Source of the DNA: Pavona decussata
Taxonomy: Eukaryota
NCBI GenBank assembly: GCA_977016875.1
Contig: CDRNST010000020.1
Span: 5,022,001-5,086,000 of the forward strand
DNA: 64,000 bases
Direction of reading: 5' to 3'
Shown: positions 28,581 to 38,400 of the stretch, in pieces
Position numbering within the stretch: position 1 is the first letter of the stretch
Layout of the letters: each line of letters begins with the position of its first letter
Position numbers and translations under genes: made by a program
The notes under the pieces: generated by a model
Database searches by the model: none
What the model was told of the DNA's origin: nothing
What the model saw: only the letters and a program-made list of their open reading frames with translations

Positions 28581-31500
28581 AAAGGTGATGTTTTTCACAT
28601 GATTACCGTCCCCACACAAATGAACTTAAATTCTCAACAACCAAGAGAAAAAAGAGTGAAGACTTTCTTTTTAGATATACTTTGAAATATTTAACGTAAG
28701 CGATTCATGTGAAAGAAATGTAGTATAAAGGATGTTTGTTACATGAACGTAGTTAAATGGTCTAACTCCCAAGAATCCTTTAGCTCAGTGGACCAGCAAT
28801 CGGAGGGTTCTACGTTCGATCCCAGTTGGGGGAACTCGGTTTTCTTTTTAGCTTCTTTTTCCTAGTATCCCTGTATTACCGACTGAAAAATTACCTCACA
28901 ATAACTCTTTCACGTAAAAGATTTGGTTCACAAAAACAGGTTTTAAACTTGAGCAGTTGGCAAAGAGTCCTTTAGTGGACATCATCAAAGTTTGTAACGC
29001 CCTTAATGAGAATTTTAAAAGTCGGTACGTATAAAGTAACTGATCAAAACTCACCACAGGGGTTTGTGTTACATTCCTGTGTCTCATCTGCTGGTCCCAG
29101 TTCACTGCAGTTCTTTCCACCGTACTGTGGTGTGGGGTTGGTACATGTCCTTGTACGTGTTTGAGAACCTCCTCCACAAGTAGCACTGCAGTCGGACCAT
29201 TCGCTCCATTTGGTGTAATTTCCATCGATAGCTAAGAATTTTTGAGTACGCGTTAAGTAACTTTAGTTAACACTGCACTTTATTTAAGAATGCTTTTTAA
29301 GAGCAAATTATTACTCCCCGGGACAGATACTCAGAACTGGTTGTTTTAAAACAAAAATTAACCGAGAATCTCTAATTGTTGGTTTTCATTAATGCGACAA
29401 CATAAGCTTGGTGGCGTGTACAAAATTCAAACACACAGGAATAAAATGGTACATAAAAAGGAATAGGAGAAAAACGTGTGGCCGTGTATTAATCTTCAGA
29501 ACAAAGTTATCGAGAAACCGATTTTCAGGAAGAGAAAAGAGAGAAATCAACCTCACGCGTGAAATAAAAAAAGATAATGAACCCAATATTCCCTGGTCCC
29601 CTACGGAATTGAGAAGATGACACTTTTCCATTATTGCCATACTTGAGAATTGAAACTGGAGAAATACAAAATATTGTTTCCTCTTTTACATTTTTAACAT
29701 TCTTATGATTCTGGCTGCCACAAATTTTGATCAAAATTTCAACATATTTTATTCCTTAAGCAACGCAATATAACAACAATCAATTTTCGTAGATTAATTT
29801 TTGTACTAATGTGTTGAACATGATGAGAGAAGCGCTTTGTGATTACTTTAGGGGAAGTTTTGGGACGTTAAGAATTTCAATGACGTCATACAAAAACCAA
29901 CAATTTGGCTGCTTATTATAGCGTTCATAATACCGTGTCACATCAACACAGTTTACATCTAATGTATCGAGACAGTTAACGTCATCATTTGAAAAGTATA
30001 CCAAACGAAATCGAAGTACTTATCAGATTGATAAAAGTTACAATGATACCAAGACAGATTCAAAGTTTCTGGTCTCGACAACAGCTTAAATAATTCGAGG
30101 AAGCGTAAACTTCAAACGAGAGGGACGATTTTGTTGAGTTGATGAATAGTTAGACTAGTCTCTTTCACAGGATTACGTTCGCAAACAAGGGAAAATAAAA
30201 AATTTTTCATGCAAGGAAGATGAGATAGCAAACAAGAAATAGTCAAATACATCACTCACTTTATGTTGTCGAAGAGCCTTGAAAAATTATAGCAAGTGTT
30301 TTTAGTTTGTATCGTAAACATTTTAGTTCACAAACATATTTTAGCTTTGAGTAGGTGACAAAGCTTTCTTTATTGGTAGTCTTCAAGGTTTTATCACTCT
30401 TTATCTTTTAAGGTGCATGAAGTAACTGATTTGAACTCACGACAGGGTTCTAGGTTACATTCCTGTGTTTCTTCTTCTGATTTCACTTTATTGCATTTCT
30501 TCCCAGAAAACTTGATTATTAGACTGCATAATGTTAGAGTATTTACATCTCCGGAAATAAATTCAAGATGCCTTTAAATTTACTTTATTAAAACTTACGG
30601 CAGGGATTTTTGTTGCATTCTTGTGTCTCTTCAGCTGGTCCCAGTCCTTTGCAGTCCTTTCCTCCATACTGTGGCGCGGGATTGGTACAATTCCTTGTTC
30701 GTGTCTGTGAACCTCCTCCGCACGTTGCACTGCACTCAGACCATTCGGTCCATTCGGTGTAATTACCATCGATCGCTGAGAATATAAGAACCGGTGTTAA
30801 AACCGTAGCACAATTCTGGCTGCATTGAGCTTGTTAATTTCAATTTGTTTTATACGTACAAATATTCTAAGGCCCATCTTAGAGAGAATTTGTGTCAGCT
30901 TTCGTCATGACTTAACTGAACTTCTTGAATACTTTTCATCTCAGAAAAACGACGTTAAAGAAAAAAAATCAAATTTTCAGGTCTATGTGGAATAAATACT
31001 TACGGCAGGGGTTTTTGTTACATTCCTGTGTCTCATCTGCTGGTCCCAGTTCACTGCAGTTCTTTCCACCGTACTGTGGCGGGGGGTTGGTACATATCCT
31101 TGTTCGTGTTTGGGAACCCCCTCCACAAGTTGCACTGCACTCAGACCACTCGCTCCATTTGGTATAATTACCATCGATCGCTGAGAATATACAAATGCAT
31201 GTCGAGCTATCAAAAATGTTGCATTTAAACTCTAAAAAAACAACTTTGTAGTGTTTTATACTGAATACCTATCTTTCAGTGAATTTCTTCAAAAAGTACA
31301 AAACATTGTCCTAGGAAATTAAACGTTGGTGGAGGATATGATAAACTTGACCAAAATTTCCCGTAAGCATTCCCATAATGTTCATTTATCGAATGGAACA
31401 ATGTTTTCTACTTGACTGTTTTAGTTAATCCACTAGCTATATCTTCTTTTATTATTGTCTTGTACTTAGTTATGTTTTTAAATTGACTCTGAAAAGCCCC

Positions 31501-34500
31501 GTGNNNNNNNNNNNNNNNNNNNNNNNNNNNNNNNNNNNNNNNNNNNNNNNNNNNNNNNNNNNNNNNNNNNNNNNNNNNNNNNNNNNNNNNNNNNNNNNNN
31601 NNNNNNNNNNNNNNNNNNNNNNNNNNNNNNNNNNNNNNNNNNNNNNNNNNNNNNNNNNNNNNNNNNNNNNNNNNNNNNNNNNNNCGCTACCAATGAACTT
31701 ACGGCATGGCTTTGGGCTGCATTTTCTCGTCTCATTAGCAGGCCCCTGGTCTTCACATCCTTTTCCGCCAGGTTTAGGAGGGGGATTGGTGCAGGTTCGT
31801 GAACGATTCTGAACTCCGTCTCCACACGTCACACTACACTCAGACCACTCGCTCCACTCCGTGTATTTGCCATCGGCTTCAATATTTCCGGAAAAAAGTA
31901 AGTTAGATACCGATTAGAAAATATATTTTTTGTCCTCCTGATCTTTGGCAAAAAAATAAAATAGAAAGACGTGTACTATGGATGTTTGATTTGTCAGTCT
32001 TCTATAGCGTTCAAATAAAACCTACTGAAAGGTATTCCACCGCGTTACTGGAAAGCTGATCAATTTTGAGTTCAAGTTGTTCCAGTAGCTTAATAAATTG
32101 AAGTGAATATAAAAAATCATACTGAACTGCATGAACTGCAGATGAATCTGCATGATGGATTTTACGTTGTAAAAGCACAGCAACGGTACATTTGTAAATT
32201 CAGAGTTCCAATTATGTGCTTATTTTCTCTTTCGAGATTGAGGGTGAAATTACTTATAAAAATGTACTAGAATCTTGTAATCTTGACAAAAGCCGAGTTA
32301 AAAGAAACTTACGGCAGGCCTCGGTATTGCATTCTTGCGACTCCTTGCTTGGTCCGAGATGATCGCAGGTTTTTCCTCCGCCTTCTGGGGAAGGATTGGT
32401 ACAAGTTCTGCTACGGTGCTTCACTCCACCGCCACAAGTGACGCTACATGCTGTAAACGGACACCAATCACTGTATCCACCGTTAATTACTGGAATAATA
32501 AAGAGAAATGTCTCCTTAATTATGCCTCGGCTACTGGAAAGAATTCCCTGATTATAAGATGTACAGGCATATGTGGCTCCGAAGGGCTTTTAAAGGCGTT
32601 TCCATGCAGTGCTTTGGTAAAGTAAACAATAAGCAAGGAACCGCACGACGAAAATGCTACAAGTATACGCAGGATCTGTAAAAGATCTAATCAGCCAAAA
32701 ATATAAATGACTCAAATTTCTGCAAGGCTGATCGGACTGCGTAGAAAACTTAACACGATAGCGACATGATAGAGACCAAACTGAGAAGTTTTGCTTTTCT
32801 CATTTAACGTATTGCGACAGCGACATGATATTTCAGTTCTATTGTTTATTGTTCATAGTCACGCGCTATGACGTGGACGGATGTCTGAATTTGGGCCCAT
32901 CCGAAATCGGCTACCACATGCATTTGGTAGACCACTCGACTCGCGTTCGTGTTCTACTCTTTGCTCTGCTACACCGTGCTGACGAGAGCCAACCAGCTCG
33001 AAACAGCTGTCCACGGTTGCCGCATTCTGTTGATTCTCGGTATGGTCTCTATCATGTCGCTGTCGTGTTAAGTTTTCTACGCAGTCCGATCAGCCTTGCA
33101 GAAATTTGAGTGTTTTGGTAACCGTACCTAAAGTCCTTAACTCGCTTCAGACATTCGTCTCTTAAGTGAAGCGATGTTAATCATTTAATTCAAAGAATTT
33201 CGTCCATGAGGATAGCAGATTGTACGTGACGATGTATTGGAAGGTGGAAGAAGATAAAAAGCAAGACAAATGTAGTGTATAGCGTTTCTACAATTTTATC
33301 GTTCAGTGTGATTGACTTGATTAGTTGTGTTTCATTTAAGACATCTTTTGACGGGCAGTCAGAATGAAGGACGAAACTGGATACTAACAGAAAAGGTCCA
33401 ATAAGCTACAAAATAAAATAACTAAAATCGAAACTTAAGTCACCTCAATCATCCAGGCGCAAACAGTTCAATTTTAGGAACAATAAAAGTCTTACCGAAT
33501 GTTTTGAAAAGGTTGGCAATGAAAACTTGAGGACTTTTTGTGAAACGACATCGCAACAGGGCTTTTGTTTTGTTATGCTTCGTTTCGTTTTTAGAAGATT
33601 CAGAATGACGCGAAAGAGAGAAGACAGGTGAAAGAAGAGAGAGGAGAGGAGATAAGACTTAAATGGAGATTTTGGACAACATTACTTGAGCGGGCCCGTT
33701 TTCAAATGAAATATCAAGTAAAACTTATAATAATTGCTTATGTTGAGCATTTCCTTATTCCAGTGTGATATGGAAATAGAAAACCTCTGAAAAGCACCTG
33801 AAGCGAAGATTTTCTTGATATAAATCGCACAAGATTTGGAATTTTTTAAGGTTTGCAGATATCACATTGTTTTCATCCTTTACATAATCATTCACTGCTT
33901 CACCTTTCATTTAACACGCCAGGTCTGTTCGCCATTCATGCTTATTTTGTCAACTTTAGTTTATATCGTTAGTAAAAAAAAAAATAACATAATTAATATC
34001 ATTTATATCAGTAATAATTACTATTAACGCTTTTTTGTAATTTCCCGTGTATGGTAATTGAACATTTAAAGTTCAACACCCAACCAACGGTTACGTTTTT
34101 CACTGTTGTCAATTGCCTTAGAAAACAAAAAAAGTCTAGTTCATAGGAGGACTTCCTGACTCTGGCCCCTGGCCTATTGGTTAAATCCGTAATTATGATT
34201 GACGGTAATAATAAATGCAATCGCTAGTTGGATTTTGAACAACAGACTTCTCTGTCATCGAAAGGCACAGTGATTACCGCATTTGCATGTGCTACACTTC
34301 TGTGTCTCCTCGTTAGGTCCCAGGTGCTCGCAGCTCCTTCCCCCACAACATGGCAGGGGATTATCGCAGGTTCTTGTACGCTTCTGTACTCCTCCTCCAC
34401 AAGTCAAGCTACACTCGGTGTAATTCGACCACTGGGAATAACCACCGTCAACAGCTATGGAGAAAAAATACTGACTTCTAATGGTTCAGCTGTAACGTCA

Positions 34501-37500
34501 TAGCCAAAGATTTCAATAATATTATGAAAAAAAAAACACATAAACAAACTAAACAAGACCATTTTTTGACATTGTAATTCATTTTGTTTAATATCATAAT
34601 TTGTTAGTAGTTTTAATCCCAATTTCCACCTGACAATGTATAACTGAGAAAGCCGTTGCATCACTGAAATAAGTTGTTTATTAGTTTCTCTCTGTGTTAT
34701 CAGACTAAAAGTCATCTGGCACGCTGAGCAAGAGAGGTGACAAGTGAGAAGCTGATGCTTTATTATTTAGCTGTAGCTGTTTATAGATTTATTGTTAAGG
34801 TTGTTTTTCTTAAACTCGGATCCAGACCCCCTTTTCACTAGTATGTATATAGTTGTAAAAATTTTAACGGTCACTTTTGAAAATGTATGTTGACTAGCAT
34901 ACGAAACATCAAGTTATATAAAATGCACAAGTTTCGTTTGTTTATCAGCGCTGTTTGTATTTTATATCTGAGCAAGATGTTAAGCAACTGCAACGGAACC
35001 CCAGAAAAACCTCAAACAACTAAGAATAGTATGAGTCCGATTATACATACGGCATGGAAATAAGTTGCATCCTTCGCGTTCCTCTGCTGGTCCCATGCCA
35101 CTACACTGTTTACCTCCGTTGCTTGGTTCAGGGTTATTACAAGATCGCTTGCGAATCCTCCAACCACCTCCACACGACTCACTGCACTCTGAAAACTCAC
35201 TCCACTGAGAGTAGCCACCGTTAATAGCTGAAACAAGTGAAAGTTTTATTTTCAAATTCCATCACAACAATTTTGATTTTAGGTGTGATAGTTTAGCTTG
35301 GAACGTAGTGCAAAATGGGAAACGGCATTCGACTAGATAGCCCAATGGACCCTTTAATTCTTGGAAAGAATATTGTGTTGCCCTGGGTTCATTCTTGCTG
35401 CTCTTGTACTTTTTATTATAATCGTCATCATCTGAACAATATTCCATTCCTCAACCAAGCATTCAACTGCTCATTCAGAGTCCTCGCATCATTATACCTC
35501 AATTTTTGTACGTCACGATCGGGTAATGAAATGCTTTTAAAGGAAGTGACAAAAAAAATATAAACGCCAATACACCCCACACAGGGAAACGCGGCTTGAT
35601 TGTGAGATTAAAGAATGAATAAGTCGCTACAGATAACATTCAAAGTCCTTGAAGGAGATACCATTTGTAAGTCAATCAAGCTACTTATCATCAAGCAAGC
35701 TCCAAACGGCAAAATATCATGCATGAGAGCAGCAAAGCTCAAGAAATTAAAAAAAAATATATATATTATTTAAATAACCCCAATTCTATTAAGAAAGAGG
35801 CATTGCAATAGGCACATGCAGGTGAAAAGACAAAAAAAGTTCTTTCCGCAATTTGAGGTTAGATACAAAGATTGATAAGGTTTTTATGTCTTCACCCCTT
35901 CTAATATTATTGCTATGTGCTGCATGTCCTGGGCTCAGTTTGCTGGGCAAAAGATAACACACAAACCATGATTTGCTAAAAATGGCTATGAGCAAAAGTC
36001 TCATAGTGGTCCATAGTCCTTTTTATTTTTTATATAAATTGAACTAATGTATGGCTATGAACAAAGGCCCATAGGCACCTCATTACCAGATCAGCGAAAG
36101 GACTACTACTGTCCTGAATTAACCATTAATGATTTCGCCCAGTAAAGGTGAGGGCAACCAAAACGCAGGACTAGGAAAAGAGGACAGGGCCACGGGGAGG
36201 AGGTGGGAAAAAATAAATGAATAAAAGGCGGCTGAATTCGCTCTGAAGAAATTGTAATCCGCTCGACGAACGTGGTGCGTGTCTTGGTGCAAAGGCTAGA
36301 GGGCGGTACAATATTGATTGTCCGGGCCCTACCCGGTGACCCTGGTATCGTGACATTATGTCACACGATACAACAAAATTCCTAACGATACTTCAATACT
36401 GAAGAAACAGATAAACAACAGATCGGATCAAAGACATAAAAATCCTATTTCTAAACAAATATTCCTTTTAATTTCTCAACATTTTTTATCTTTTCTTCTT
36501 TGAGTAACTCAAACCAAACAGTTTCTTTGTATATAATATCAGTTTTACAAGAGTTACCTTTTGAATTCCCTTGTGCTGCGAAAAAAAGAAGAAAAAAGTT
36601 CTTTAAATGAGAAACACATCGCGATATTTATTTATTGGGAGGGGATCAGAGCTACCTTAAGTTTTCGAAAATTTATGGTGGCTCTGAACCTTACCTACAA
36701 ATTTTTTAACTTTGCAAATGCTCATCACATTTCCATAACAAAAAACTGGACCTCTGAGCCCGTTTTTGAGTGAAAACCACTTAAAGCCAACCTATTATGT
36801 CTAGAAAAAAATCAAAAGTTTTTACTCAATGATTAGGCATTTGTTTTATTTCAGTATTGTTGTATCAGCTGATAAAAAAGTGGTAGCATTGACCCCTAAC
36901 GTATAAGTACTTGAAAGTGCTGGAAACCAGTGCCAGCCACCTTTAAAATTATAAAAATTGCACATTATAGTCGATGCTGATGTAAGTGGCCATACTCCAG
37001 TTTCCATAACATGGTCGCTGTACTGCTACAAACGGAGTTTTAAAAAGATGGTCATTTACAAGAGATTATAACTGAAGCTTTGTGTTGTGAAGTTAATGTC
37101 AACGGCATGTTACGAAGGTATTCTTATGAAGCCGCTCTTAAAAATCTGGTTTTTGCAAATTGTGTATTTCCCCTTTCATTGTCTACTTTTCTATTTTATT
37201 TCATGCGAAAACATAAAACGGTATTTTAACAGGTTACAGCGCTAAATNNNNNNNNNNNNNNNNNNNNNNNNNNNNNNNNNNNNNNNNNNNNNNNNNNNNN
37301 NNNNNNNNNNNNNNNNNNNNNNNNNNNNNNNNNNNNNNNNNNNNNNNNNNNNNNNNNNNNNNNNNNNNNNNNNNNNNNNNNNTAAAGCTCTCTGATACTA
37401 AAACTATATTGAGCTCCTATGCTATTCCCTCAGGGAAAGTCAAGTGAAGGTAGCTTTGAAAGTTCTCACTATGTTGAGAGAACTCGAGATGGTAGCCTTC

Positions 37501-37549
37501 TGCATCCTTCTCAATACGTCATAGCCCCTGCTGCCAAAAACCTTCCTCA

Positions 37550-37608
<59 letters not shown>

Positions 37609-38040
37609 GTATGGTGTCCCTGACGAGGGCGCACGCCACAGAAAATGTAACCAACGGTNNNNNNNNNNNNNNNNNNNNNNNNNNNNNNNNNNNNNNNNNN
37701 NNNNNNNNNNNNNNNNNNNNNNNNNNNNNNNNNNNNNNNNNNNNNNNNNNNNNNNNNNNNNNNNNNNNNNNNNNNNNNNNNNNNNNNNNNNNNNNNNNNN
37801 NNNNNNNNNNNNNNNNNNNNNNNNTCGTCTCCTATTTTAGTCTTTTAATGACACTGTTCACCTGTTTGTGATTTCTACTGTAACTATAATATTCTCTAGT
37901 GCTACTCGCGTAGGAAGTTTTCTTGTAAGCTAGGGACTAACTTGGAAAAGCATGTCATGGAATTTTACGATTTTTCGTTGCAACGTCTTACCTATCAGTA
38001 GAAGAAGCAAAACTTCCGCGAACCAGTATTGAATATTCAT
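14384..38040 (-). CDS. Gene B: secreted 16xTSR + C-terminal VWA protein (about 1161 aa), tandem paralog of gene A
   Basis: Exons: 37992-38040 ([16 protein letters not shown]), 36558-36575 (AQGNSK); TSRs 35051-35227, 34278-34454, 32313-32489, 31703-31876, 31004-31180, 30599-30775, 29055-29231, 27959-28135, 27188-27364, 26336-26512, 25187-25363, 24115-24291, 22952-23128, 22350-22526, 20727-20903, 17773-17949; VWA 17041-17471 and 14888-15041; terminal 14384-14388 (E-stop). Lengths sum to 3486 nt with consistent phases. The N-gap at 31504-31684 could hide another exon. Confidence 0.9.
14888..17471 (-). CDS. von Willebrand factor A domain of gene B (two exons)
   Basis: [19 protein letters not shown] (DxSxS), [22 protein letters not shown], ending KKVC; complete MIDAS and flanking Cys pair. 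Confidence 0.92.
16632..16720 (-). mobile_element. Penelope-like terminal repeat fragment with degenerate hammerhead core
   Basis: Minus strand CTGACGAAGGGCTACCACTTGAAACGTC then ACGGTGGCCAAATTAC...; related copies at 21550-22125 and 1271-1298. Confidence 0.55.
18010..18241. repeat. (TGGTG)n / (GTGTA)n pentanucleotide microsatellite, continuing at 20525-20670
   Basis: Directly visible; split by the LTR element. Confidence 0.9.
18242..20524 (-). mobile_element. Internally deleted Ty3/Gypsy LTR retrotransposon (2.28 kb)
   Basis: TG...CA LTRs at 20408-20524 and 18242-18354; 5-bp flanking repeat GGTGT; PBS TGGTGTCA (tRNA-Leu-like) at about 20400; PPT AAGAGAAAGGGGGA at 18355-18368. Disrupted gag (MAEKY...[11 protein letters not shown]), CCHC knuckle [14 protein letters not shown], protease LDTGA, integrase tail (SPRSYTV). 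RT, RNase H and integrase core absent. Confidence 0.92.
21081..21281 (-). mobile_element. tRNA-derived repeat flanked by inverted repeats
   Basis: 21150-21221 minus strand: paired GGCTTGA/TCAAGCC ends, A-box TAGCTCAGTTGG, B-box GGTTCGAATCC; outer arms TTAAATAG-AGAAAGATCCT...CAACTTAAGCAGT inverted. Confidence 0.7.
21575..22077. mobile_element. PIF/Harbinger-like MITE with expanded (TGCTTA)n subterminal repeat
   Basis: Imperfect TIRs AGGCTGG..TTTTCACTGGGACATGAGCATA / TATGCTTATGTCCTAGTGGAAACAAGGCT; flanks AAA and TAA; hexamer array 21811-22057. Confidence 0.7.
23680..23960 (+). mobile_element. tRNA-derived SINE copy in TSR intron; co-duplicated copies at about 25880-26170 and 28720-28890
   Basis: A-box TAGATCAGTGG / TAGCCCAGTGG / TAGCTCAGTGG and B-box-like GTTCGA at the same position in three homologous introns. 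Confidence 0.65.
24411..24690. mobile_element. Truncated pogo-like MITE end
   Basis: TA|CAGTCAACTC start, repeated CTCTAAGGCGGACA motifs; absent from sister introns. Confidence 0.6.
30441..30505 (-). pseudogene. Truncated TSR pseudo-exon
   Basis: Reads [21 protein letters not shown] with GTGAGT donor; 5' part of the domain is missing. Confidence 0.7.
32710..33111 (+). mobile_element. Penelope-like element remnant (pseudo-LTR with inverted partial copy)
   Basis: 32710-32787 is the reverse complement of 33034-33111; contains a hammerhead ribozyme. Confidence 0.7.
32973..33017 (+). ncRNA. Type I hammerhead ribozyme
   Basis: ACCGTG-CTGACGA-GAGC-CAACCA-GCTC-GAAA-CAGCTG-TC-CACGGT: 6-bp stem I, full core, 4-bp stem II, palindromic minimal stem III, GUC cleavage triplet ending at 33011. 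Confidence 0.85.
37383..37607 (-). mobile_element. 3' fragment of an R4/Dong-like non-LTR retrotransposon abutting (AAT)n
   Basis: Tail peptide [20 protein letters not shown] resembles the C-terminus of restriction-like-endonuclease LINEs; the junction lies in the (ATT)n tract 37549-37607. Confidence 0.45.
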
Positions 38041-38400
38041 GTGGTAAGTAAAGACGCTGAAAAGGAGCGAAAAATGTTTTGTGAGTGAGATGATGATAGC
38101 AACGCTATAAGCTTAAACTATAAGTGTGGAATTCCTTAACGCAAGTCATCTTTTAAACAAAATTCTACTCTGCTACAAAGTTAAGTATAATATCTGATTT
38201 TCTTATTTTCTTATTGCCTGTTCTAGATGGCAGATCAATGTAGGGGGGGGGGGGGGAGAAGGAGTCGCGAAAACTTTACTGAATGCAAAAGAGAGAGAAG
38301 AGCTCAACGTTTGCCTTGAAAGGGCTCAAGTTATTGACATCGTCGAGTTAATAATCTATTGCCTTGTAAAAGTGTGAGAATTAATATTTATTCTATCAAC

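Noticed and set aside
2859-34503. Recurring plus-strand and alternate-frame ORFs ([12 protein letters not shown]..., MVITPNG...)
   Set aside because: Shadow frames of the TSR exons.
1-35227. CRISPR-like repeat-spacer array
   Set aside because: The repeats are 171-177-nt coding exons with GT-AG introns in a eukaryotic gene; no cas genes.
37620-37650. Hammerhead-like CTGACGA...GAAA
   Set aside because: Stem II does not close next to GAAA and no complementary stem I is present.
11595-37871. ORFs spanning N-runs
   Set aside because: Artefacts of assembly gaps.
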